A DNA stretch of 64,000 nt from Candidatus Latescibacterota bacterium (GCA_965248265.1 CBDFJF010000002.1:3904001-3968000), one strand, 5' to 3'. Shown: positions 9,233 through 20,980, counted from the first letter of the stretch. Notes: a model not told the origin generated them from the sequence alone. Numbers and translations are program-made.

Positions 9233-9706
9233 CTAACCGTATTGCTGTCGCAGAACCCCCGCCCACACAAGGTGGACCATCGACAGCGCCAGGGCTGCAG
9301 TACCAAGAGCGGTGGGTTTTTGCGTCAGGATTCTGATCGCTGAGACGTACCGGCCATCCGTGTCGATGCCAGCTTGCGCGGCCAGACGAACAACATCTCC
9401 CAACACGAGTAAAATGAGCAATCCGGAAACTGCGGCCGATGTCGCCATTTGCAGGTACATGTAAAGTTGCTGCACCTCACCGAGAGTCAACCCCCACAAC
9501 AATGGCGGAACGGCTATGGCAGCCATCGTGCCGTTGTTTATCCAGCCTGCGACCAGATTCGTGGCCGTGCTCAAACCCACGCCGATACAGACCCAAATAA
9601 TGCTCGTCCATTGCAGGTGGCGTTTTGTCCAGACAGCCGCTCCGATGAGCAGGACGCCAATCGCGAGCCAGATCGCCAGATTTACGGAACCCAGAGCTAT
9701 GATCAC
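9233..9706 (-). CDS. Hypothetical integral membrane protein
   Basis: 157 aa with 4-5 hydrophobic segments; GGGGGTGG RBS-like sequence upstream. Confidence 0.7.
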   Translation of the reverse strand: MIIALGSVNLAIWLAIGVLLIGAAVWTKRHLQWTSIIWVCIGVGLSTATNLVAGWINNGTMAAIAVPPLLWGLTLGEVQQLYMYLQMATSAAVSGLLILLVLGDVVRLAAQAGIDTDGRYVSAIRILTQKPTALGTAALALSMVHLVWAGVLRQQYG

Positions 9707-9735
9707 GTTCCACCCCCTGTTACTTTGAAGCCTGA

Positions 9736-9764
9736 CGACCCGCGGAGTCCTGATCCGATGGTCA
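9736..9764. repeat. 29-bp 11-7-11 palindromic site, copy 2
   Basis: CGACCCGCGGA-GTCCTGA-TCCGATGGTCA; 26/29 identical to copy 3. Confidence 0.85.
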
Positions 9765-9773
9765 CTCGGCTCA

Positions 9774-12700
9774 CTATCTCAACACGACCATCTTCTGAGA
9801 GACAGCCGCCCTGCCAGCGACGAGCACTCCCACGTAGACGCCCGAAGCCACCGACTGGCCGTCCGCGTTCCTGCCGTCCCAGATAGCGGCTTGCAGGGGT
9901 GCCGCGTAAAGGCCGGGCTCGCGGTCGCCGACATCGAGCTCCCTGACCAGCTGACCGAGGGTATCGTAGATCTTAATTTTAACCGAACTCTGTCTGAACA
10001 CGCGGAACGGCAGGTGCGTTCCCTGGTTGAACGGATTGGGGTAAATCGGCAGCAGCACGGCGTCCTTCGGTGTCACCGTCGTCAGTCCATCAGCGGAGCT
10101 CTCGTCCCATACTTGCCAGAATTGCAGCGTGCCGTTCCACGTTCCCGTCGTGAGTTGAGTTCCGTCCGGACTGAATGCGATCGCTCGTATGCCGCCGGCA
10201 TTCGTCAGTTTGACCACTGAGCTGAGGGAGGTATCGATCCTGCGCAGATAGATCGTCCCGTCAAGGCTCGCGGTTGCCAGGCCTAGTCCATCGGGAGTGA
10301 ACGCCGCTGCCTCGATCCAGTCGTCGTGTTCGCTGAGGACCTGACGAAGCGCTAAATAGATTCCTCCTCCAGTGCGAAGTCGCGCCGTCCTGTCGCGGCC
10401 CGCCGAAACGAATCTCGACCCGTCCGCATTGAAGGCGACGGACGCCACCTCGCCGCGGTGACTCTTCAGCACGGCGAGCAACGTGTGATCCGTCGTCTCC
10501 CACATCGCAACTGAGCCGTCACTGCTGCCGGCAGCCAGAACATTGCCGCCGACCGGGTCCATGGCCAGCGACATGACCGGCTGAGGTTCATCTCGCCTCA
10601 GTGTCGCCAGCTTCTGTCGCTCGTTCACATCCCACAGATCCAGACTACCGTCGAGACCTGCGGAGACGAGCGTCGGCCGCACAGAGCTGAAGACGAGGCC
10701 AGATATCCCCTCGCTTTCGTGCCCCTGAAACTCAGCAATCTGTTCGCGCGACCTCGCGTCCCACAGGCGAACCGTTCCGGCCGCATCCCCCGAAGCGAGG
10801 AACGGATCATTCGGGCTGAACGCCACCGCTGTCACCTCGTCCTCATGGCCGTTCAACACAGCCGTTCTCCGCAGTGAGACCGGATCGTACAGCTCGATGC
10901 TTGTGCCAGTAGCCACTGCCAGCTGGGCTCCCTTCGGGGAATACGCCAGATCGGCGACCGGCGCGGAGACAATGAGCTCAACGACCCCGCCGGGCAACGG
11001 TCCGGCTTGTCCACCTCCCATGTTCACGAGGTGCAGTGGCGTCTCGGTCACGTTCCCCGCCCCATCTGTCGCAATACCTTTGAGGAGATAGGTTTCCTCG
11101 GTGGCGTCTCGCCAGATCGCCTCGTACCGACCGGCCTTTTTCGCCAGAGCTATAGTCGCAATCTGAGTCGTGTCCCCGACGCTGTAGATTACACCCGTCG
11201 CCTCGAGCGGTCCCGCGTTCGTAACCCGACTCTCGGGCAGTACGATCGACAGCCCATCTGGCACACTCTGGGTCAGGAATGGCAGTACGCGCGGCGGCGT
11301 GCGGTCGCCACCTGCGGCCACCTCCAACTGCAGGGTATCGATGGATGTTTCATACCCGCTGTCGAAGTCGATCTCGAACTCCAGGACGGTGCCGGGGATC
11401 AAGTCGGATGCCAGCAGAAATTCCGGTGAACGAATCGCCCCGGCCCCGAGTGCATCGTCCTCGTCGAAACCGGAAAACGGGAACGGCACCGGCATCGCCT
11501 CCTCCTGCAGACTTCGAATCCTCACGGATGTGGCGTCCACCATCTCCGCTCGTCCTTCCACCTCCACGGCCAACCTGATGAACTCGCCGGCTTGCACCAA
11601 TCCGTCGCCGTTCCCGGCACTGTCCACGACGGCAATACGGGTGATTCGCGGGGGCTCCGAGGAGACCACTTCGAGGGGGAACTGCTCCATCCACAGCAGC
11701 TCTCGGCTTTTATCCCGGGGGTACACCGACAAATTCACCCGAAACGCGTGGATACCTACGAATCCTGGCTTCACCTCGAGTATGGGTATGCCGTTCGTCG
11801 ACTTCGATTCCGCGGCGTCATAGAACCGCATGCCGGCTTGGAGCTCGCCCTCAAAATCGTTCCAGCTGTTCGGAATTCGCTGCTCTGGTGTCCCCGCGTG
11901 AAAATCCACCACCGGATCTGTGATGGTGATCAGCGTGTCCTCACTTGTCACTTCCATTTGGAGCCACGGTGTAAGATTCGGCCAGGACGCGAGTCTGAAT
12001 TCGATCTGGGCGGTTTCTCCCACCACCAGAACACCGTCGCCGTTTTCGTCCCGGATCCGCACATCCATCTTCACGAGCGGCTCGATCTCGACCTGTGCCG
12101 TGGCGACACCACCCGCTTCGAACGCAATATCCTCGATGCGAACTCTCCACCAGCCGTCATTGCTGGCGGAGCTTGGATTGCTTTCGGGGGTGAAGGAGCG
12201 AAACCGATCGCCGTCGAACGGGTCCGTGTCGTCTCCGAGATTGCCGGCGTGATCTCGGGTGTACCTTTCGTCATGGGCCCAGAAGTCGAGGTTGTCCTTC
12301 CCAGTTTCGGGATTGGCCTCCGTTCCCTTCGGAAACCCGGACGAGCGCCACTTGCCGTCGGCGCATTCCAGATCAACCCGCTGCGCTCCGCGCCTCCTCG
12401 GATCGAAGTGCCAGATCAGCAGGCCCTCGGCAGGCATGTTGCGGTCGTAGTGCGCGCTGGACCGCTGGCGATTCGAGATGAGAAATCGCTCGTTATTCGG
12501 AAGCAGGATCTCGTAGATCTCACCACTCTCTTCCACCGGCGGCAGTCGCATGCTGCTGAGCCGCTGGGTTGGCCGCCGCCGCTCCAGCCATCCGAGTTGA
12601 CTTCGACTCCAGGCGCTGAACGGGTTTGGACCGTCTGCGCCACTCCAGCCAAGGGCGCCCCACCCCATCAGACCCCAGGCGCCGATGCCGGCAGAATCCT

Positions 12701-13520
12701 CAGCGGGTTCCAGGGGGACCTCACTGCGTAGGTACCCGACGTTGCGCAGGTCCGGCAACCCCAGGATGTGACCGTATTCATGGCTGATCGTTGCGGCGAG
12801 CACAGCATAGGATCGGCCGGCCTGAATCGTACCGTGTAGCACCTCGATCGGCTCACCCGATGCCCTTCGATCGGCCGTGACGAACGTCGGCTCGAGCCCG
12901 AGACTAGCCACTCCGGTGGCCGGTCCGAACAGGAAGTTCCGCGGCGCAGAACGCACAGCTATGAACACGACATCGACGAAGCCGTCGTCGTCGCCGGAGT
13001 CCGGCAAGCCGTCGGGACCATCGTTGTCGAATCGCGAGAAATCGACGTCCCGATCCGCCTTGCGAAGGATCTCCGACGCGAACACTCCGAAGTGGCCGCG
13101 CTCCGACGATGAATCGGAAAGGTATGCTGAGACTTCACTGTCGGATTCGTACCAGGTTGGTACCACCTCGCCGCGCAATGTGTGCACTCCAAACGACATC
13201 GTGTCGTAGAAGTGACTGACGCTGCCAGGTCGATCGGGATCGAAGAGGTCATCCGCCCAGTCGGGGATTGCCGTATCGGCAGGCAGTTCGTCCTTGAAAT
13301 GAGCGAAAAGAACAATCCCCGTACGAGTGGTAGCGACCTGAGCTTGAGTGGGCTTCGCTGGCCCATGGAGCTTCAGTGTAGCTGCATCCGTGGCCACATG
13401 GCCAACGCACACAAACTCATCGCCAGCCCAGACGTTCGTCGTGAGCACGGTACATAGCGGGATCAAGGCCTTGAGTGTAGCAGTTTTAGGCGATGGCAGC
13501 ACTCTGATTTCCTTCACCAA
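9774..13520 (-). CDS. M6 (immune inhibitor A-like) metalloprotease + WD40 repeats + C-terminal FlgD-Ig domain
   Basis: ISHEYGHILGLPDL zinc motif, GIGAWGLMGWG Met-turn; GHEDEVTAVAFSP...LWD repeats; IYPNPFN...WDGRNADGQSVASGVY. Confidence 0.9.
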   Translation of the reverse strand: MVKEIRVLPSPKTATLKALIPLCTVLTTNVWAGDEFVCVGHVATDAATLKLHGPAKPTQAQVATTRTGIVLFAHFKDELPADTAIPDWADDLFDPDRPGSVSHFYDTMSFGVHTLRGEVVPTWYESDSEVSAYLSDSSSERGHFGVFASEILRKADRDVDFSRFDNDGPDGLPDSGDDDGFVDVVFIAVRSAPRNFLFGPATGVASLGLEPTFVTADRRASGEPIEVLHGTIQAGRSYAVLAATISHEYGHILGLPDLRNVGYLRSEVPLEPAEDSAGIGAWGLMGWGALGWSGADGPNPFSAWSRSQLGWLERRRPTQRLSSMRLPPVEESGEIYEILLPNNERFLISNRQRSSAHYDRNMPAEGLLIWHFDPRRRGAQRVDLECADGKWRSSGFPKGTEANPETGKDNLDFWAHDERYTRDHAGNLGDDTDPFDGDRFRSFTPESNPSSASNDGWWRVRIEDIAFEAGGVATAQVEIEPLVKMDVRIRDENGDGVLVVGETAQIEFRLASWPNLTPWLQMEVTSEDTLITITDPVVDFHAGTPEQRIPNSWNDFEGELQAGMRFYDAAESKSTNGIPILEVKPGFVGIHAFRVNLSVYPRDKSRELLWMEQFPLEVVSSEPPRITRIAVVDSAGNGDGLVQAGEFIRLAVEVEGRAEMVDATSVRIRSLQEEAMPVPFPFSGFDEDDALGAGAIRSPEFLLASDLIPGTVLEFEIDFDSGYETSIDTLQLEVAAGGDRTPPRVLPFLTQSVPDGLSIVLPESRVTNAGPLEATGVIYSVGDTTQIATIALAKKAGRYEAIWRDATEETYLLKGIATDGAGNVTETPLHLVNMGGGQAGPLPGGVVELIVSAPVADLAYSPKGAQLAVATGTSIELYDPVSLRRTAVLNGHEDEVTAVAFSPNDPFLASGDAAGTVRLWDARSREQIAEFQGHESEGISGLVFSSVRPTLVSAGLDGSLDLWDVNERQKLATLRRDEPQPVMSLAMDPVGGNVLAAGSSDGSVAMWETTDHTLLAVLKSHRGEVASVAFNADGSRFVSAGRDRTARLRTGGGIYLALRQVLSEHDDWIEAAAFTPDGLGLATASLDGTIYLRRIDTSLSSVVKLTNAGGIRAIAFSPDGTQLTTGTWNGTLQFWQVWDESSADGLTTVTPKDAVLLPIYPNPFNQGTHLPFRVFRQSSVKIKIYDTLGQLVRELDVGDREPGLYAAPLQAAIWDGRNADGQSVASGVYVGVLVAGRAAVSQKMVVLR

Positions 13521-13551
13521 TGTTTCATTGCAAATGCATGCCTTCGTCCAA

Positions 13552-13580
13552 TGACCCTCGCAGTCCTGATCCGATGGTCA
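13552..13580. repeat. 29-bp 11-7-11 palindromic site, copy 3
   Basis: TGACCCTCGCA-GTCCTGA-TCCGATGGTCA; its last 3 bp are the original TGA stop of the phosphotransferase gene. Confidence 0.85.
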
Positions 13581-13642
13581 CCTGTTTCGTCGAGCTCGCT
13601 CAAGGTAGTATTTGAATCGCCCCGGGTTTTTCGGAGACTCGG

Positions 13643-14874
<1,232 letters not shown>

Positions 14875-14887
14875 GACTCCAATCCTC

Positions 14888-15856
14888 TCAAGAAATGGAG
14901 CCTCCGGCAACCCCGGGGCGATTCAATTCGTACTTCGCCTGCGTACTCTGGCTCCATTCACGAGTCACGACAGACAGGCGACGTCGGCTTTCCTGCTTTC
15001 CCTCAAGGACCTCCGCTATTCGCACCAGCCAACCCGCGATAGAAATAGACAAACAAGCGCGTATGCGATTCTCGACATCAGGGATATCAGTAACACTCGC
15101 GTAGCTCGATATGACCCACTCCCAGCGTGACTCCGATACATCCATGTAGGTAGCGTGTGTCATCATCTCGGCGATATCGAAGGCAGGATCGCCCCAACCG
15201 CTGTATTCCCAGTCTACTGACCTGATTGACCCATCGTGCCGGATGAAGTTACGTACGTTGTGATCAGCGCGGCAGAGGCCGGCGGGCACACGAGGACATC
15301 CGCCAAAGTTCAGTTCGGCAAGATTCCCAGTGACGTCAAGAACAGGCGTCGGTAGCCGCTTCTCCTGAGCAATTGCGTGTAATCTGCTCGCCTCTCGTGC
15401 GTATTCCTCTGCACCATTCGCATTGTTGTAGCACCCAAGAAGATCGACCGTGGCATGGCGGAGCGCATGGACTGTAGCCAGATACTCAAGCAGATCGGAC
15501 CATTCCTGGTCCTCGCGGGGTGCCGTCTGGATCATGTCGCCGGGCAGCCAAGTCTGGACGACTACCGGTTGCGGGTAGCTGTCCGTGTCCAACAGAATAG
15601 GCTCCGGTGCCAATGCACCACCTGCCTCTTTCAAGGCACAGAGGGCCCCATATTCACGGTTAGCGCGGTCTCGCTCATCACGAATCGTGAACTTGATGGC
15701 GAAATCACCGGAATCGCCACATGCCCTGAATAGCAGATTGTTTGCCCCGCCCGTAACCTGCCCTATATGCCAACCGTGCCAGATCTCTTCGGGACGATCA
15801 CTACCCGCGAGGTAGTCCAACAAGGCTCGAAGCTGTTGTTCGTACACTGCGCTCAT
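14888..15856 (-). CDS. Aminoglycoside/choline phosphotransferase-like kinase; the last ~9 codons are displaced by the IS3
   Basis: [31 protein letters not shown]; removing the IS restores ...KYEYYLERARRNR* ending at 13578. Confidence 0.8.
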   Translation of the reverse strand: MSAVYEQQLRALLDYLAGSDRPEEIWHGWHIGQVTGGANNLLFRACGDSGDFAIKFTIRDERDRANREYGALCALKEAGGALAPEPILLDTDSYPQPVVVQTWLPGDMIQTAPREDQEWSDLLEYLATVHALRHATVDLLGCYNNANGAEEYAREASRLHAIAQEKRLPTPVLDVTGNLAELNFGGCPRVPAGLCRADHNVRNFIRHDGSIRSVDWEYSGWGDPAFDIAEMMTHATYMDVSESRWEWVISSYASVTDIPDVENRIRACLSISIAGWLVRIAEVLEGKQESRRRLSVVTREWSQSTQAKYELNRPGVAGGSIS

Positions 15857-16010
15857 CCTCAGCTGCCGTCGGTTGGAGTTGCTCTGCCAGGCTACTCTCT
15901 GACATTACTTTACGCAATTGGCCACAGCCAGCACTCCGTATTTCCACGAATATTCTTGTTATCCAGAACACAGTATATTGGTGGCTTGACCGTCTCAACG
16001 AGTGGTTTGC

Positions 16011-16187
16011 ATGCAGAAAATCAACCGTGAACACATCGAGAGAGCCGCCAGGCTCTATAATTCGAACAAGGAAGCTAGCGATGCTCTCGGGATCCACGTG
16101 AGTTCATTTGGGCGGGCCTGCCGGAACTACGGCATAGAAACGCCTGCTGCGAAGAAGCTCAGACAGAGAAGCCGGGCGTCGTTGTAG
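16011..16187 (+). CDS. Small Fis-like HTH protein
   Basis: IERAARLYNSNKEASDALGIHVSSFGRACRNYGI. Confidence 0.65.
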   Translation: MQKINREHIERAARLYNSNKEASDALGIHVSSFGRACRNYGIETPAAKKLRQRSRASL

Positions 16188-16423
16188 CAGTCTGCAGGTC
16201 AAGGGGATTTGCTCCCAATCCCCACAATCGAGGGGCGTTTTTTAGAGCCAGGGGTCGGCTCAGATTATCGGCGAAAACTCACAGCGTTTGCCGGACAGGA
16301 GAAACGAGCTAAAAGCTCGCAGAACAGTCGTGAAAGCCGCCAGGGGCCATGCCTGTCTGGGTGCGTCAAACGTCGGCTCCTCTTGAGCCGGGCACGCCGA
16401 TTCCCAGCAAGATCTTTTCGAGT

Positions 16424-16570
16424 TCAGCGAGGGATCGTATTTTCGTAGTCCGACACGATTCCCGAGTCGTTCGCTTTGCCGTCACGATTGAGCCACACCG
16501 AGGTCGCACCGACTCCGTTTGCACCAGCCACGTCGGTATGCAATGAGTCACCCACTCCGTGCACACAATT
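16424..16570 (-). pseudogene. HAD-family hydrolase C-terminal remnant
   Basis: VGDSLHTDVAGANGVGATSVWLNR (HAD motif IV) with no N-terminal part; ends approximate. Confidence 0.7.
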
Positions 16571-16795
16571 GTGTATTCTCTGGACCAATAACGTGATGCA
16601 GATTCGGGGCACGAATCAGCACTGTAGTGCGGCCGAGACCAGTGCTGTAATACAGATTCAGGTACGGAATCCGCACGATAGGCAAACTTTACGCCTGAGG
16701 CGTCACAGCCCTTCCGCCGCCACCGACGACGCGCCTCGAGGTGCAAATGACAGCGCGATCCAAGGCCACACCATGACCCAAATCGGGTGATCAGG

Positions 16796-17821
16796 ATGGA
16801 TGTCAGAGACGGCTTCATCGAGACCATCGGCAATACCCCGCTCATCAGACTTCGTCGGGTCTCGGAGCAGTCCGGCTGCGACATTCTGGCCAAGGCCGAG
16901 TCCCTCAATCCCGGCGGGTCGGTCAAGGATCGTGCTGCCTGGGCGATCGTCAAGGATGCCGAGACCAAGGGCCAGCTTCGCCCCGGAGGCATGATCGTCG
17001 AGGGCACGGCGGGCAACACAGGCATTGGCTTGGCGCTGGTAGCCCGCGCCCGCGGTTATCGCGTCACCATCGTGATTCCCGAGACCCAGTCGGCGGAAAA
17101 AAAAGACATGCTTCGGCTGTGCGGCGCCGATGTTCGCGAGGTTCCCGAAGCGCCCTACAGAAGTCCGGAGAACTACGTACACTTCTCTCGCCGGCTGGCA
17201 GACGAGTTGGCGAAGAGCGAGCCGAACGGTGCGCTGTGGGCCAATCAGTTCGACAACACCGCAAACCGGCAGGGGCACTTCGAAACCACCGGACAGGAGA
17301 TCTGGCGACAGACAGATGGCAAGGTGGACGGTTTCATCTGTGCAGTCGGCAGCGGAGGTACCCTGGGCGGGGTGTCCCTGGCGCTGAAGGAACACAACAG
17401 GAACATTTCAATCGGCCTGGCAGACCCGATGGGGGCCGCGTTGTACAGCTACTATTCGAAGGGCGATCTCAAGTCCGAAGGCGACTCGATCAGCGAAGGC
17501 ATCGGCCAGGGCCGGGTCACGGCCAACCTCGAGGACGTCGTGATCGACCGACCCTACCAGATCAGCGATGCGGAGGCGCTTCCCCAGGTCTTCGACTTGC
17601 TGGAACACGAGGGGTTCTGCGTTGGCCTGTCGAGCGGCATCAACGTTGCCGGCGCGCTCAGACTGGCAAAGGACCTCGGCCCCGGAAAGGTGATCGTAAC
17701 CGTGCTCTGCGACTCCGGCACTCGTTATCAGAGCACACTCTTCAACCCGGCGTTTTTACGCGAAGCAGGATTGCCGCATCCGCCTTGGCTGGAGAGATCC
17801 TCCCCCCTTGGGCTGATCTAG
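16796..17821 (+). CDS. cysK: Cysteine synthase (O-acetylserine sulfhydrylase)
   Basis: IGNTPLIRL, KAESLNPGGSVKDR (PLP lysine), EGTAGNTG, GSGGT. Confidence 0.92.
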   Translation: MDVRDGFIETIGNTPLIRLRRVSEQSGCDILAKAESLNPGGSVKDRAAWAIVKDAETKGQLRPGGMIVEGTAGNTGIGLALVARARGYRVTIVIPETQSAEKKDMLRLCGADVREVPEAPYRSPENYVHFSRRLADELAKSEPNGALWANQFDNTANRQGHFETTGQEIWRQTDGKVDGFICAVGSGGTLGGVSLALKEHNRNISIGLADPMGAALYSYYSKGDLKSEGDSISEGIGQGRVTANLEDVVIDRPYQISDAEALPQVFDLLEHEGFCVGLSSGINVAGALRLAKDLGPGKVIVTVLCDSGTRYQSTLFNPAFLREAGLPHPPWLERSSPLGLI

Positions 17822-18321
17822 CATGCGAGATGCTCAGGGCGCCGTTGCGACTAACTCAGTGTCATGGGTCGTTCCTACGCCGCCATTCTCTACCCTTACA
17901 GTTGGCGCGAGTCAGGATTCATTTTCATTTAGAGCCGGAAAGGATTCGAGGCACACCGGGAATCAGATTGGAAGTCCGATGCTCGGAGGGTCAGTCTTGC
18001 CATAGAGGCCACGACCACATGACGCGGACGAACGACACAATCTAACCCCAGCCGCTACTCTACTGCACCGGCTTGGCGCCTTTTCGCCAACGGATTGGGG
18101 GTCCGTTGTCCTCTCAAATTTGCCAATCTGTCCAGGAAACAGACGAACAGCCTCCATCTGTCCTGAAAGCTGGACTCAGGCCAATTTGAGCCGCTTCTCA
18201 GGTGATCCTCTCTGCCTCAATCCCCACAGCTACAATGAGTTAGCGCCGCCTGACGCCCGTGAGAGCGTTCTTGGCACATCCCTTGCAATGGTGTATGGTA
18301 GTGACCTCGGACAACTATGCC

Positions 18322-20454
18322 ATGAACTCCTACACCAAATCCATCTGCTTGCTGGCCGTGCTCCTGCTGGGAGCTTGCGGTCACGACGCCAAGCGGGATA
18401 ACCCCCTCGATCCCGCGCTGACGCCTCCAGTCGAGCTTGAAGTCGCGCTCAACGATACCCTCGGTACTGCTACGCTGACATGGACACCGTACTCGGGCGC
18501 CCAACCCTTCGCCGAGTACTGGGTGCTGCGCAAACAACCGGGGCTGGAGTCCGTCGATACCCTCTCCGTCATCATCGATGCCGCGATCACGACCTACACC
18601 GACACATCCCTCGGCCTGACGGCGAGCTACAGCTATCGCGTGTCAACGGTGAATGCTTCGGGGCTGGAGGCCCAATCCGGACCGGCGGAAGTTCCTCCCC
18701 GCAGCCCGCCACCCATCGAGATTCGCGAGCTGACATTTGACTCGAACACCGCCTCCGCAACGCTGACCTGGACCCGGTACGCCGGAACGGATTTCGGGGC
18801 CTATCGAGTAATACGGGCAAGCGGACTTGAAACGGAGGCCATCGCCGAGACCGAATCACGAGGCGATACCACGTTCACAGATGCTGATCTGCGGGGCAAC
18901 ACAGAGTATACCTACCATGTCGTCGTGCTCACCAAGGGGGGCGAGAGCATCTCCAACCCGGCCGCGACAGGTATGTTCCATCGACTCGTCGACAGCTGGC
19001 CCATCGATGTGGGGGACGGCGGCTACATACGCCTCTACAGGCAAGGCGCCGACCTCGTGGCGCTCGTGTCCGAGCCGCAGCGGATTCGACACATCACACT
19101 GGATAGCGACGGCATCGTCGATGAGCAGGTGCTGCTGGAGGATCGCTGGTTGGATATCGCACCGTTCGCCGTGGGTTGGACAATGGATCCCGATGGGACC
19201 CGGTATCTGGGGTTCGTCAGGAGAGAGACGGATGGAGACACACACACGGCGATGCTCCTGGCATTCGACAACCAGGGACAGCCACTGTACCAGACGGAAC
19301 ATGCGACACCCCCCCTGGACCTGCATGACTTCGCCGATCAAAATCCAGAATTTGATGTGGATGGGTTCCGGACTATCGGCGTGTCCCGCGCGAATGCGTT
19401 CGACAACCTGATCGTCAGCTCGAATGACCGTGAGTTACTCGCGGAGGACTTCTCTTCGGCGAATCTCGATGATTGGACCTCGGATTGTGGCCCCGTCACT
19501 GCCGCCGAGGCCAATGTCGAGGAAGGTGAGGTGGTCGTCGAGCCTATTCGATCAATTCGCCGGGTTTTGCAAACTGACGGCAACAATCTCGTTTTAGAAG
19601 TGGATCTCACCCCCTCCGGACGTTCCGTGTGGGCGTTTTTTAGCATCGACGGATGCGAGGGCTTTGATTTCGCCCAAGGCCTCAATGTCGGCGCTAGTTC
19701 TCAAATCTTATGGTTAGTCGCAGGTGTCCAAGATGCGAGGGGTGAGGTGCTCGGTTCGACACAAGTGCAGCAAGCCTTTCCGCGCGTGCCGGGTTTGGCC
19801 TATAAGCTTCGTCTGGGCCTCGAAGACGGGGTCGCCCGGGCGACGGTAACATCCCCGATGGTCTGGTCCCTATCGTTGGAGAGTGACGATCCACTCGGCG
19901 TCCCCGGTCTCGTCGCTCTGGAAGACTACCACGTGTTCGCGTTCTTAGGGGGAGCGTATGGGATTCCCGGCAGGTTCAATTTCACCACGCCTCGCTTACC
20001 CCTCGAAGGGAATGCAAGTGAGGTGCGGATCTGGGAAACTGAAGATGGGCAACGGCTGGGTGTGTGCCTCCCCGAACTGCATCAGATCAGCATCGGCGAA
20101 ACGGGCTTCTTCGACGCCGCAAACATTTCCTGGCCGTTCAGGGGACCTCCGGAAATCGCCATTGGCGCTTTGGTCGGTCAGGGAGCAGGTGAGTTCGTCT
20201 TTCCGCTCTCGATGGATCGCAGTCCGGATGGCCGGTATTACGTACTCGATGCCGGCAACAGCCGCATCCAATCCTTCGATGAAGTCGGCGCTTACATCAC
20301 CCAGTGGGGCGAACGCGGGAGCAGCGATACGGGCTTCAATTTCGGCGCAGGTAACGCCGCCGTGGACTTCGTCGGTAGCATCGCCGTAGACGACGACGGC
20401 TTCATCTACGTTGCCGACGTGGGCAACAAGCGGATACAGAAGTTCACGCCTTAA
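18322..20454 (+). CDS. Lipoprotein with FN3-like domains and C-terminal NHL repeats
   Basis: Lipobox LLGAC, RDNPLDP; LTW..Y...YTD..L...Y.Y twice; YVLDAGNSRIQSF and IYVADVGNKRIQKF. Confidence 0.85.
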   Translation: MNSYTKSICLLAVLLLGACGHDAKRDNPLDPALTPPVELEVALNDTLGTATLTWTPYSGAQPFAEYWVLRKQPGLESVDTLSVIIDAAITTYTDTSLGLTASYSYRVSTVNASGLEAQSGPAEVPPRSPPPIEIRELTFDSNTASATLTWTRYAGTDFGAYRVIRASGLETEAIAETESRGDTTFTDADLRGNTEYTYHVVVLTKGGESISNPAATGMFHRLVDSWPIDVGDGGYIRLYRQGADLVALVSEPQRIRHITLDSDGIVDEQVLLEDRWLDIAPFAVGWTMDPDGTRYLGFVRRETDGDTHTAMLLAFDNQGQPLYQTEHATPPLDLHDFADQNPEFDVDGFRTIGVSRANAFDNLIVSSNDRELLAEDFSSANLDDWTSDCGPVTAAEANVEEGEVVVEPIRSIRRVLQTDGNNLVLEVDLTPSGRSVWAFFSIDGCEGFDFAQGLNVGASSQILWLVAGVQDARGEVLGSTQVQQAFPRVPGLAYKLRLGLEDGVARATVTSPMVWSLSLESDDPLGVPGLVALEDYHVFAFLGGAYGIPGRFNFTTPRLPLEGNASEVRIWETEDGQRLGVCLPELHQISIGETGFFDAANISWPFRGPPEIAIGALVGQGAGEFVFPLSMDRSPDGRYYVLDAGNSRIQSFDEVGAYITQWGERGSSDTGFNFGAGNAAVDFVGSIAVDDDGFIYVADVGNKRIQKFTP

Positions 20455-20455
20455 C

Positions 20456-20605
20456 TCATCCCTGTAGTGCATCGATAGCCTCCATTATCTGCACCGGGTT
20501 CGCTTGTGCATAGCGAGCGAAGGGTCATCACTATCGTCTTGTGCCCAAGCAACTCCTTGATTCGATCCAGTGGCACTTCCTTGTCGCGAAAGCGACTGCG
20601 AAAGC
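20456..20605 (-). pseudogene. Tyrosine integrase C-terminal remnant, homologous to 26247-27098
   Basis: RFRDKEVPLDRIKELLGHKTIVMTLR/YAQANPVQIMEAIDAL; a 4-bp TCGC duplication shifts the frame just before the catalytic Tyr. Confidence 0.8.
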
Positions 20606-20660
20606 AATCTGATGGACTTTCGCCACCAATACGCGCAACGCTTAGGAACGATAAGGGCCC

Positions 20661-20980
20661 GTTATAAGTAGTCAAGATCGCTTGCGGCTTGGTGTCGAAT
20701 GAAAGCTTGAGGTTTTTCTGAGGGGCGGGATGGTATATAGGGCTTGCAGAGCTTGGCGAGGGTGGATTCAGGAGGCGGGCTGGTGTTTCATGGCGGTTTT
20801 CCAGACCCGGACGGGCGATTCAAGCGAATCGATCCCGTCGGATCTGGCAGTGCGGCGAATCAGGCCGCGTATTCGAACTCAGACTGCTGGGAAGTCCTTG
20901 CCGGTGCGATGGGCGGAGGCCGAGCGGGCAGGCCGACGCCCTCAAGGTAAGACCGAATGGAAGCGGGATCCGTCAGCGCT
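20661..20980 (-). mobile_element. IS91/ISCR-like remnant (transposase C-terminus plus possible oriIS end)
   Basis: Own translation of 20860-20980: ALTDPASIRSYLEGVGLPARPPPIAPAR...*; downstream TTGACTACTTATAAC resembles an oriIS end. Confidence 0.6.

Noticed and set aside
11592-12731. Long antisense or alternate-frame ORFs (also 17119-18045, 57202-57990, 5813-6637)
   Set aside because: Shadow ORFs of well-supported genes in GC-rich DNA, with no recognisable motifs
16191-16201. TCTGCAGGTCA as a fourth 11-7-11 site (similar half-sites at 7216, 15987, 17975, 17983)
   Set aside because: Half-sites only; no convincing partner arm at 7-bp spacing
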